25,275 nucleotides of DNA from a bacterium (GTDB lineage: Bacteria; Zhuqueibacterota; Zhuqueibacteria; Zhuqueibacterales; Zhuqueibacteraceae), in assembly GCA_044869275.1 (NCBI GenBank), contig JBIOXB010000140.1, positions 1-25,275 on the forward strand, in the 5' to 3' direction. The notes under the pieces are model-generated. The model was not told the origin of the DNA, searched no databases, and saw only the letters and a program-made list of their open reading frames with translations. Both the position numbers and the translations under genes were made by a program. Shown in pieces: positions 7,673-17,596 of the stretch (position 1 is the first letter of the stretch; every line of letters starts with the position of its first letter).

Positions 7673-8346
7673 CTATTGCAAGGGGTGGTTTTCAAAACTA
7701 AATTTAGGCGCCGCGCAACTCAACGCTGTCAACGCCTCCTTCCACTCGGCTTCATCATGGGCTTTGCGAGCGCGGAAATTAATCCCAAGCGTGCCAAACT
7801 TGACGGCGCTGCTCGATTGTGGCGCGCCACTGAAGACGTCTTTTCGCCAGGTTATCTCGAAGCCGGCAAAACCGGCCGACACCACGGTGGCTTGCAACTC
7901 TGCTGCCAGCAGAGCACCGGCAATGACTCCGCATAACCGTGACGAAATTCTACATTACTCATGCCGGCTTCAACGGCAGCGCTCCGAGCTTTGTCCAACA
8001 TCGCCGGGGTCATATCGACGCCGATCACTTGCCCCTTCGGCCCGACCATTTTGGCGGCGATCAAGCTGTCGATTCCTGCGCCGCAACCCACATCCACGAC
8101 ACGCTCGCCAGGCAGAAGCCTTCCCAAACTGAAAGGATTTCCAGTGCCGGCAAAGGACTCGATAGACTTTTCGGGAATGCCTTCCAGCCACTCATCTGAA
8201 TAGCCGACCAGGCGAGCCAAGCGCCGGCCCGTGTGGAAGTGAAAACCGCGGTCGGGATCGAGCGCCACCGTCGCGTACTCTTCTTGAATGGCATGGCGCA
8301 GTTGATCCAAATTGAGATCAAGTTCTGAAGTGATTTGATGACTCAT
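7673..8346 (-). pseudogene. ArsM-like SAM-dependent methyltransferase, internally deleted and frameshifted
   Basis: FAGTGNP and VVDVGCGAGID SAM motif up to AESLPV. At 7915-7924 the sequence switches to another frame reading IAGALLAAELQATVVSAGFAGFEITW. The expected DVVISN and RVLKPGG segment is absent. Confidence 0.8.
7898..7914 (-). promoter_or_regulatory. Orphan SECIS-like hairpin in the methyltransferase remnant
   Basis: CUCUGCU-GGC-AGCAGAG, starting 10 nt into the IAGA codons. Confidence 0.5.
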
Positions 8347-8360
8347 GACACATCCTTAAA

Positions 8361-8948
8361 TCATATTGTTTCTTCCAGCTCAATCGTCACCGGAACCGGA
8401 TTGCGGATGATGTCCAGCACTGGTGAGATTTTTTGAACATGTTCCCACAGTTTCTCCAGCGCCTGATTGGGGGCATTGCATTTGACCTGCACGGCGAAAC
8501 GGACAATTTGATAGCCTGGGCGAACCTGAGGCGACAATCCCAAAAAGCCGCGCAGATCGATTTCGGCTTCGAGGCGCAACCCAAGCTCATTCACGTGGAA
8601 GCCTTGTTGCGTGGCGTGGTAGACGAAGCTCATAATCAAGCATGAACCTAAACCGGCCAAAATGATTTCCATGGCATTCGCAGCAGTTTCGTCGTCAAGC
8701 TGAGTAGAGCGCCCACCGGTTTCAAATGAGATGCTCGGAGCGCGGTGGATGGCCTGGGTTTCGTTGTCATGAGAACAAGGAATCTTTATCTGAACCTGAG
8801 CACCAGTGCTCCATTCGACCTCAGCGCGGAGGGTCACACGCGCCAAAGCCGGATTGGCCTTGATAGCGTCAATGGTATCGCTGAATTGAGCGAAATCGAC
8901 GCCATTGAAGATGTCGGTTGTTGCCGCCTGGGTGATCATGCGCTCCAT
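8361..8948 (-). CDS. OsmC-family protein (start uncertain: 8948 or 8939)
   Basis: NGVD, NAMEIILAGLGSCL, EIDLRGFLGLSPQVRPGY, SPVLDIIRNPVPV. Confidence 0.85.
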   Translation of the reverse strand: MERMITQAATTDIFNGVDFAQFSDTIDAIKANPALARVTLRAEVEWSTGAQVQIKIPCSHDNETQAIHRAPSISFETGGRSTQLDDETAANAMEIILAGLGSCLIMSFVYHATQQGFHVNELGLRLEAEIDLRGFLGLSPQVRPGYQIVRFAVQVKCNAPNQALEKLWEHVQKISPVLDIIRNPVPVTIELEETI

Positions 8949-9258
8949 TCGTGTTTGTTCTGTCACAAGATAAGAATCAACTCTTCCAAAAATCTTCCGC
9001 CGGTCTTCCAGACAGAAGATTTTGACCAAGCTGATTTGAAATTGTCAAGTGAATGAAAAAAGAGAAGGTTACTGCATGAGGTGAAGTCTAGGAGGGCGAC
9101 AAAATCGGCAAAAAAATCTTAATGCGAGATTAGGCTTCCTTAATATGACCAAACCCTGGCCTGCGGCAGGGCAGGCTCAGCAAAAAAATTCTGTGAGCTG
9201 TTTCACTTCCGTGAGCAATTTGTGCTTTATTTGGTTCCGGCTCGTACGGGTTCGAATT

Positions 9259-12200
9259 TTAAAGCGTTCGCATCTGCTTGAGGGCTGAGCGAGCTTGCGC
9301 GACCGTGGTTTCCGCCCCGAGTTTGATAAAGGTGGGCAAAGCGCCGGCAACGAGCCGGCTGGCAGTCAGGTAATCTTTGGGCCGGCCTCTCCGCATGAGG
9401 ACAAAGGCACGAAAGAGATCGCTGCGCGCGATTTCATAATCTTGCCGGATGGCCTGAAATTCTTTCTTCGTTTGTTTGAGCTTGTCAATGGCAGAATCCC
9501 ACTCTTCGAGTAATCCATGCAACATGCCTTGCGCCTGGTAAGTGAGGCCGAGGAAAAGGTGGCTGCCGAAAGCCTTGGCAGATTCCTCCGCCTTCGCCGC
9601 ATAGAAGCGCGCTTTGTCCATATCGCCATTAACGGCGAAGCCCATCGTCGAGATGGGATAAAGCATGACGTTGCAAGTGACGCATAGGCCGTGATTGGCC
9701 GCCACCGCCAGTCCTGCTTCTACCGCCTCACGCACGCCGGCGTAATCGCCTGCTTCCATGCGATTACGTCCCAGCGTCGCATACAAACGCACGAGGCAAT
9801 GCGGCTTCATCATGGCGCGGTCGGCAATGCGCAAGCCCTCGTGCAGATAGCCGCGTGCTTCATCCAAGCGACCAAGTGCCGTGGCTACCACGCCCATGCG
9901 CTGCAGCGCACTCGCCTCGCCGGCAAAGGCCTCGAGTCGGGCATAAAGCGCGCGCGCCTTGCTCAAATTGGAGAGCGCGTCGAGAAAACGGCCTTGGAAG
10001 TATTCGGCGGTACCGATGAAAAGCGTGCACATTGCCAGCGCGCGACTGGCGCCGATATCTTGCGCCTGCTTTTGCATGTGCCGCGCAAATTCCATCGCGG
10101 TTTGATAAGGCTCATCACCATACAGGTGATACTCGCACAGTCAAAGATGGACGTCAGAAACATCGGCGAGATAGCGATTCAAATCGACGCGGCTGAGGCG
10201 CTGGGCTTCGTACTCGAGGCCATGACGCCACTCGCCGAGAGGCACGCAGCAGAGCGCCATCATCTCGTAAGCCTTTGCGGCGTCACCCGACGCGTCTGGG
10301 CCGAGCGCCTCAGCAACACCCAAGCTCTCCCGCGCTATCGCCAGCGCTTCGGCAAATTCATTGCGCTGCCAATGATAATGCGCCTGGGTGTATTGCAAAC
10401 GCACCCATTCCAAATCGCGGGTTTCTGGCGTCAACGCGAGGGCTTCCGACAAATGCCGCCACGCACTCTCCAGATTTCCCGCCAGGGTGTACCGATAAGC
10501 GGCTTTGCGCCTCAGCCGGCGAATATCTAACGTCGCACTTCCGGAAATCGCCGCTTCAAAATGCGCCGCGCTCTCTTGCTCTTTGCCCAGCATACCAAGC
10601 TGATCGCCCAAACTTTCGTGCAACTTGACAGTATGCCGGTCATCATCGAGCTGCAGCGCCTGTGCGTAATAATTGATCGCGACCTCGTGCGCATACAGCG
10701 CCGCGGCGCGATCACCAGCCATAAGAAGATATTTTACCGCCTGCTTGGGCGCGTCGCCGCGGAGGCAATGCTCGGCAAGCGCTTCAACCGGTAACGCACG
10801 ATCATCGCGATACAAAGCCTCCAATATCTTTGCCACTTGTCCGTGCAAATAGCGTTGCCGGGTTTGCGACATCTGCTGGTAAACCGCTTCGTGGAACAAC
10901 GGATGGACAAAGCTGAACGTCAATCCCAATTCCTTCAACAAGTGCACGCTTAGAGTCTCATCGAGCAAATCCAAAATCTCTGCGCTCGGAAGCTGCAGAA
11001 TATTCTCCAGCAAATTCAGGTTGGTTTGCTGGCCGGCGACGGCAACCACTTGCAAAAGCGATTGCGCCTTGGGGGATAAACCGTTCCATTTTTGCGCCAA
11101 TAAGACTTGCAAGGAAGGAGGAAGATAAGGCTTGGTGATCTTACCCGCACGCCAGACACCATCCTGCAGCGTGATCTCGCCGGCTTTCTTCAATTGGCCG
11201 GCCATTTCAACGGCAAAGAGGGGATTGCCTGCTGTAAAAGAAAAAACTTCGTTGGCGAACGCCGCCTCCACCTCCCCTTTCTCCAACGCTTGTTGCAAGA
11301 GTTGCTGATGCTCGGCCTCCGAAAGCGGTTGCAAGAAAATAGTGCCGGCAAGGCGGCCACGATTCAGTGCCGCGAGGAGCGTCGTCAGCTCGGCGGAAAT
11401 CTCCGGCTCGGCGGAACGGCAGGTGGCGACTAGCAAAAGAGGAAAATCAGCGGCGTGGCGCGCCAGATAATTAAAAAGTCCGATAGTGCCGTCATCGGCA
11501 AAGTGCAGATCCTCCAAAATCATCACCACTGGCGTCAAGTCCGCAAGCGCCTTGAGAAAACGTAGCAATCCGGCGAAGAGATAAGCCTGCGCTGCCCCGT
11601 CAGTTCGAGCCGATGGCGCCGGGGCGGATGGCAATTCCGGAATGGCGGCGGCCAATTCTGCCGGAATGAGATGCGCGTGCTGGGGAGAGGTGTTGATGGC
11701 CATGCGCAAAACTTCGACGAACGGACCGTAGGGCAATTCCTTTTCCTGCTCGTAGGCGCTGCCCATCAGCGGCTGATAACCGCGCAATTGCGCCAGATAA
11801 AAAATCTCTTGCGCCAAACGCGTCTTGCCGATGCCGGCCATGCCCTGCAGCAACAACACCTCGCCTTTGCCCTGCGTCAGATGATCGAGAAGCGTTGCGG
11901 CCTGCTTCAGTTCATTTTGCCGCCCCACCATCGGGCTGCGTTTGTGCAGCACCGAAGCCGGTTTTGCCGCGCCAGCCTTTTTCGGCGCGGCCTGCTGCGC
12001 CGATTGAATTTTGCCTTCGCGAATAGTTTGCAAGAGGGCGATGGTTTCTGCGGAAGGCTTGGTGTCGAGCTCCTTCGCGAGAATTTCCTCGCAGCGCTTA
12101 TATTGATGCAACGCCTGTGAGCGGTTGCCCTGCAGCGCAAAGGCGCGCATCAAGCCTTGATGTGCGGTTTCGTCGAGCGGGTCAATGCCGAGCACGCGGC

Positions 12201-12768
12201 GAAAGGCCTCAGCCGCATCGGCAAAATCGCCGGCGTCGATATGCTTCTGCGCGAGGGCGATGAGCAATTCCAAAAACTCCACGCGTGCCGATTCGCGCAG
12301 CCCTTCCGTCCACCTTTCATAAATATCGGAAGGCAGCAAATCTCCCGTGTAGCTTGCCACGGCATGTTGGTAAGAAGAGAGCGTTTTGTTCCGGCGTGCT
12401 TCTTGCGTCAGGTGCTGGAAAGCGTCGAGATCGGTATGCACTTCCGCAGGGGCGGTTAATTTGAGGGTTTCATCTTTGTAAACGAGCAACGCTTCGGGCG
12501 CAGGTCCAGCCGTGGTGGCCTCAAAAGCTTTTCGAATGTAGTGGATGGATTTGTACATCTGCGCTGCCGCCGCGGTGGGATCCAGCTCCGGCCAAAGGGC
12601 ATCAATCGCTTGATCGCGATGCAATTGATGTTTGGGCTTAATGGCGAGTAGCTTCAGCAGGCTCAGCGCCTTTCGGCTCTTGAAGGCAGCTTCGGGTATT
12701 TCCCGTTCTCCCAGATAAAGGCAAAATCTCCCGAGCAGAGAAAAGCAAATGCCGGGTGAGGAATTCAT
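9259..12768 (-). CDS. HTH-BTAD-AAA ATPase-TPR transcriptional regulator (SARP/STAND type), predicted selenoprotein (Sec876), 1169 aa
   Basis: The 875-aa and 278-aa ORFs share one frame, joined by DVHL-UGA-LCEYHLYGDEPYQTA-MEF with no other stop. Walker A GMAGIGKT, Walker B VMILEDLHFAD, BTAD YTGDLLP; TPR-like helices on both sides of the UGA. Confidence 0.8.
10114..10130 (-). promoter_or_regulatory. SECIS-like hairpin of the BTAD regulator
   Basis: AUCACC-UGUAU-GGUGAU; the stem starts 10 nt and the loop 16 nt after the UGA at 10141-10143. Confidence 0.65.
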
Positions 12769-12849
12769 CTAACTTCAGATCTTTAAATGAGGCTGTTATC
12801 TTTTGCTATTCCTCGATTGAAGGTAAGAGGTCAAGCAACGGAAGAGCAG

Positions 12850-12944
12850 AAAACCGGCTTTTGTGAGCTTGGGAAGAGGTGTTAGCATGCGCCTCCTCCG
12901 GCTCCCATCCCCTACAAAGATACACATCTTCTTTCGAAAATCAA
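12850..12944 (-). promoter_or_regulatory. Probable promoter and structured 5' leader of the BTAD regulator
   Basis: TTGATT (12944-12939), 16 nt spacer, TATCTT (12922-12917) preceded by TG; then hairpin GGAGGAGGCG..CACCTCTTCC and AAAAGCCGGTTTT. Confidence 0.4.
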
Positions 12945-13064
12945 GTTCTGAACTTACCTTACACTTTCCTTTCCCAACACGCTTCCGCCCATTGATATAG
13001 AAAAGAAGGTTCGATGAGAGATACAAATTTAGATCGGCAAATCAGGTGGTTGGGCCAAAAACAA

Positions 13065-13095
13065 CAAGCGCCTTGCAAAATCGCAAAGGCGCTTG
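13065..13095 (-). terminator. Probable intrinsic terminator
   Basis: CAAGCGCCTTGC-AAAATC-GCAAAGGCGCTTG hairpin followed on the minus strand by TTGTTTTT, 27 nt after the stop at 13122. Confidence 0.6.
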
Positions 13096-13121
13096 GGTTC
13101 ATCCTTCAGGGCGGCTGAAAT

Positions 13122-14324
13122 TCACTTCCTCATGATCATTTTTTTCGTTACCGACATTCCCGCCGCTTCCAGTCGATACCAATAAATTCCCGAGGCCAGA
13201 ATTTTTCCTGTGGTGTCCATGCCGCGCCAGCGCAGGGTATATTTTCCGGCAGGCTGGTCCGCATTCACTAAGGCCGCCACTTGCTCCCCACTCACATTAA
13301 AAATTGACAGGCTCACGTGACCTGCAACAGCAAGCTCGTAATGGATGGTCGTCTCGGGATTAAATGGATTCGGGTAGTTCTGCTGCAAAACGAAAGCCAT
13401 TGCAACGAAATTTTGTTCTTCGACAGAAGTAACGGTCTCGCCGCGCAGAACGTAATAGCTGCGCACCGGATTCTGCGTCACCGTCACGGTGTTGTTTTGA
13501 GTATCAAGTTGTGCGCCAGTGACTTTTTGCCACTGATTGTTTGAATCCAAGTAGATCAACTGAATGCTCGCTTCGTTGATTTTCAACTCGTCGATGAGCT
13601 GCTGGGGATAATGAAAGCTCATGCGGGTTGAGCGCAAGAAATTCAGCATGCCGCCATTCATCATGCCGTGGCCGCCCATGCGCGTGAACTCGGTATGGAA
13701 TCCCATGAAACCACCGCCATACACCGGCAGACTGTCGGGAGGCATCCATTCAAGTTGGCAATAGAGACTGTCCGGCCACATCATACCCATGCCCATCGCG
13801 CCGGGAGGGATGTGCATCCAACTGCTGCTGTCGGTCGGGCAATAAATGCGTGTGCTGTCGGTGGCATCGCGATGCATCCAGCCGCCCGACCAGGCCGGTG
13901 GGCCAAGCGGCTCGCGCCATTCCAAGCCATTGATCGTGAAGACGATCAAGATGGAGGGGTTGAAGCTTGTCATCACGCCGCCGGTAATCGTCACAGTTTC
14001 GCCGTGGTTCGGTCGCTTGGCCCCGCTCTTGGGCTGATACCACCACGGCCCGAACATCAGAAGATAATCCGTTTTACCATCGCTATTGGTATCCAAAGAA
14101 TAAAGCGCCTGCTGATAATCCAAATTATGCATGAATCCGAGGTGCTGCAGAGAATCCACGCGCACTGTGCCGCTCACTGTGACGGTTTGCAGCGTGTCGG
14201 GCCAGTCCATGCCATGATAGCCGTTGTGCCAGCCGTGTCCACCCATGCCTTGCGCATTGGCATTGGCCCCGCCAATCAACATGAATGTCACAGCTGCGGA
14301 TAGTGCTTTGTTGAAATCTCTCAT
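13122..14324 (-). CDS. Secreted protein with C-terminal T9SS type A sorting/FlgD-Ig-like domain, Met/His-rich
   Basis: Signal peptide ending ANA-Q; C-terminal LQQNYPNPFNPETTIHY...LASGIYWYRL...TKKM; GGAG 7 nt before ATG 14324. Confidence 0.85.
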   Translation of the reverse strand: MRDFNKALSAAVTFMLIGGANANAQGMGGHGWHNGYHGMDWPDTLQTVTVSGTVRVDSLQHLGFMHNLDYQQALYSLDTNSDGKTDYLLMFGPWWYQPKSGAKRPNHGETVTITGGVMTSFNPSILIVFTINGLEWREPLGPPAWSGGWMHRDATDSTRIYCPTDSSSWMHIPPGAMGMGMMWPDSLYCQLEWMPPDSLPVYGGGFMGFHTEFTRMGGHGMMNGGMLNFLRSTRMSFHYPQQLIDELKINEASIQLIYLDSNNQWQKVTGAQLDTQNNTVTVTQNPVRSYYVLRGETVTSVEEQNFVAMAFVLQQNYPNPFNPETTIHYELAVAGHVSLSIFNVSGEQVAALVNADQPAGKYTLRWRGMDTTGKILASGIYWYRLEAAGMSVTKKMIMRK

Positions 14325-14460
14325 AACAATACTCCACATCAAAGATCAACTCCTTGATAAATTGAGATTGACGGCGATAATATCGATGTTACAATTTGAA
14401 TGCCGGGTGAGAGAGACAAATACAGAACGTAATCGCCTATTTTACAACACGGTTGCGTTA

Positions 14461-14868
<408 letters not shown>

Positions 14869-15471
14869 CTAAAGCCAACGTCGTGTTCTTTGACAATATT
14901 TTTGATAATCTTCGCCGTGAGTTTGGCGCAGATATTCTTCTTCCAAATGGACTTGAATTTGCATCAGCGCATCGCCCAATAGAAGCGTGGCGAACGTAAC
15001 CGCATTCGGCAGGATCAGAAAGAAGCTGAGCAGCGTTACGCGCATGCCCAGGAAAATCGGGTTGCGAGACAGCCGGAAAACGCCATGTTGCACAAGTTGC
15101 GTTTTCGTCGCGGCATCGATTCCGATACGCCACGAGTTTCCCATCTGTGCTTGCGCGATAAATGTCCAGACGAGTGAGACCAGCAATAATCCCAATCCAA
15201 ATGACACCAGCACGGATTGCTCAAGCCAACCAATTGGCGTTAAAAACTGATACGCCTTGTTCGAGATGGAATAAAGCATGATAACCAATGTAATCGCAAC
15301 AAGTGTGAGACGAAAAAGCACACCGATAAAATCATGCGCATTGTCGGCCTTGCCGAGTTTGTAGGGGTTGATGCCCGTTCTTTTCCAAACCATGTACGAG
15401 CGCCAGAAAAAAGCGGCGACGAAATACACGATCAAATAAACGGGCAAAAAATATCGCAAGATGGAGTCCAT
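14869..15471 (-). CDS. Isoprenylcysteine carboxyl methyltransferase (ICMT/PEMT) family membrane protein
   Basis: MGNSWRIGID, LVQHGVFRLSRNPIFLG, EEEYL...GEDYQKYCQRTRRWL. Confidence 0.88.
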   Translation of the reverse strand: MDSILRYFLPVYLIVYFVAAFFWRSYMVWKRTGINPYKLGKADNAHDFIGVLFRLTLVAITLVIMLYSISNKAYQFLTPIGWLEQSVLVSFGLGLLLVSLVWTFIAQAQMGNSWRIGIDAATKTQLVQHGVFRLSRNPIFLGMRVTLLSFFLILPNAVTFATLLLGDALMQIQVHLEEEYLRQTHGEDYQKYCQRTRRWL

Positions 15472-15499
15472 GTCTATTTTTCCTGAACGCGCAAACGTA

Positions 15500-15655
15500 T
15501 TATCCCCGTGGCCACCACATGATCACCGCGATACCGATGCAGCAAATGGCGCCGCCAACAATGTCAAAGGTGTCTGGCGTTTTACGATCCACCAGCCAGC
15601 CCCAGAGCAACGATATCACCACAAAGATACCGCCATAGGCTGCGTAGACTCGTCC
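15500..15655 (-). pseudogene. C-terminal half of a YnfA (UPF0060, SMR-like) protein
   Basis: Manual translation [51 protein letters not shown]; the N-terminal half is missing. Not in the ORF track. Confidence 0.85.
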
Positions 15656-15665
15656 GGCGCCCGCC

Positions 15666-16424
15666 TCAAGCCAGATATACTGCTGGCAAAACCACCAGAA
15701 TCAACAGTGTGGAAGTGATGACGCCGAAAACAACGACCGTGGCAAGCGGGCGTTTCACTTCCGCTCCAACACCGGTTGAAATTGCCATCGGAATGAAGCC
15801 TGCGGCATCATTAATGGCTGTCGCCAGCGCCGGGCGCAAACGTTGTTTCGCTGCCGATATGACCGCTTCGGCTAATGGCAATCCTTCATCGCAAAAATTG
15901 CGAATGGCCGCGACGAGCGCTTGGCCGTTCAGCATCGCGATGCCGCTAAGCGCGATAAATCCGATCGCTGCGCTTACACTGAAAGATATGCCGAGAGCCC
16001 AAAGCGCCAACGCGCCACCGATGGCAGCGAAGGGAATGCCGGTATAAATGATGAGCACATCATGCAGGCTGCGCAGACTCAGGTAAAGCAAAAAGAAGAT
16101 GAGCGCCAGTGGCACGACGATCATGAAGCGCCGCTGCGAGCGAATGAGATGCTCGAACTGGCCGCCCCATTCTATGATGTAACCTTCCGGCAGATTCACT
16201 TCTTTTTCGAGGCGCGCCTGCGCTTCGGCGACAAAAGATGCCACGTCGCGGCGCACGCCCACGGCTTCGATCACCTCCAGAACGTTGCGCGTCGGTATGC
16301 CATGCCGCGCGATTTGATCTTGATTTACGACGATCTGCAGAGCTGGCTGGCCGGTGATTTGTTCGCCTGAAACCTGGGCAGCGCCGGGAATGGTCAATAG
16401 AGTTTTCTGGATTTCATCGCTCAA
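15666..16424 (-). pseudogene. Second CzcA/CusA fragment, 5'-truncated and internally deleted
   Basis: EQITGQP..IARHGI..IEAVG is joined directly to VRRDVASFV, whereas intact czcA here has about 70 aa between these points. RLRPALATA present. The 5' end abuts a REP copy. Confidence 0.85.
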
Positions 16425-16486
16425 ACGCTTTAGCGTTTGTTATTCGTTCAAGCACGGCACGGCGACGGTAAACCGTCGTACTCCGG
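16422..16486. repeat. Partial REP unit on the 3' side of the RAYT gene
   Basis: AAACGCTTTAGCGTTT and GCGACGGTAAACCGTCGTACTCCGG, the same palindromes as in the 17125-17594 array. Confidence 0.75.
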
Positions 16487-16534
16487 CTCGATTCTCTACA
16501 ACAAGTGCAATGCCGAAGCATTGCAGTCCGATGG

Positions 16535-17065
16535 CTAAAAATCATCAAAATTATCTTTCAACTCTTCAGGCGGTTTTTCGCCAAACTTGCACCGATCTTC
16601 TTTCTCTCGAATCGCACGGGTGAAGCTCGACCACCAATAATCTTGCGGATGCGCAACCACACCATGTTTAACCGCATTCCAGTAAACATAAGCTAATCGA
16701 TATTCGAAATCACGATCGCCGCGAATGCAAGTGTCCCAATAATTCCACCACACTTGTCGGGCGGGCGCGCTGTCGAGCCGGTTCAACAGCGTGGCGCTGC
16801 CACCGTGTATGCGCATGAAAATGGCCGGCATGTCTTTGGCGCGTCTGGCTTTGGCAACTAGATGATAGTGATTGTTGAGAATGATCCACGCATCTAGTCG
16901 CCACTCGAAATGCGAGAACCATTTCTCCATCGCCAACCGCACGAACTCTTTGCGGACATCATTGCGCAAGATATGCCGCTTGCCTAAAATACCTCCCGTG
17001 ATAAAATAAATAGCGCCATCGATAAACAGATGCGGCGGATTGTGTGGGTACTTTTTGAATTCCAT
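16535..17065 (-). mobile_element. REP-associated tyrosine transposase (RAYT, IS200-like Y1 HUH)
   Basis: YFIT, AWIILNNHYH (HUH), WDTCIR, YVYWNAVKHG, YWWSS; GGAGG RBS before ATG 17065. Confidence 0.88.
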
Positions 17066-17124
17066 GAGCTTTCCTCCCAGTTTTGTGAATTTAAGAGATG
17101 GGAACAATAGACACCGCAATTTTT

Positions 17125-17594
17125 CGGAGTGCAACGCTTTAGCGTTGTCGCACGAAGATAAACAATTCGGAGTCAAAACGCTTCAACGTTTGGCCGCTGC
17201 AGACAACCGCGCAGCGACAGTAAACCGTCGCACTCCGGTTTTTCGGAGTGCATCGCTTTAGCGTTGCCGTACCAAGATAAACAATTCGGAGTCAAAACGC
17301 TTTGGCGTTTGGCTATTGCAGACAACCGCACAGCGACAGTAAACCGTCGCACTCCGGCTTTTCGGAGTGCAACGCTTTAGCGTTGCCGTACCAAGATAAA
17401 CAATTCGAAGTCAAAACGCTTGAGCGTTTGGCTATTGCAGACAACCGCGCAGTGACAGTAAACCGTCGCAATCCGGCTTTTCGGAGTGCAACGCTTTAGC
17501 GTTGCCGTACCAAGATAAACAATTCGGAGTCAAAACGCTTGAGCGTTTGGCTACTGCAGACAACCGCGCAGCGACGGTAAACCGTCGCACTCCG
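17125..17594. repeat. Four tandem 119-bp REP/BIME-like units
   Basis: CGGAGTGC starts at 17125, 17244, 17363 and 17482. Each unit ends GCA(C/A)TCCG and holds three short palindromes. Confidence 0.92.
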
Positions 17595-17596
17595 AG

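Noticed and set aside
9259..10095. Separate 278-aa TPR gene
   Set aside because: It is in frame with the upstream ORF across a single UGA, has no clear RBS, and the linker reads as continuous protein.
12865..12915. Fluoride riboswitch (GGGGATGG start)
   Set aside because: The pseudoknot pairing and 3' consensus are not evident; kept only as an unassigned hairpin.
17125..17594. CRISPR array
   Set aside because: The whole 119-bp unit repeats almost identically, so there are no unique spacers. No cas genes are present and the neighbour is a RAYT.
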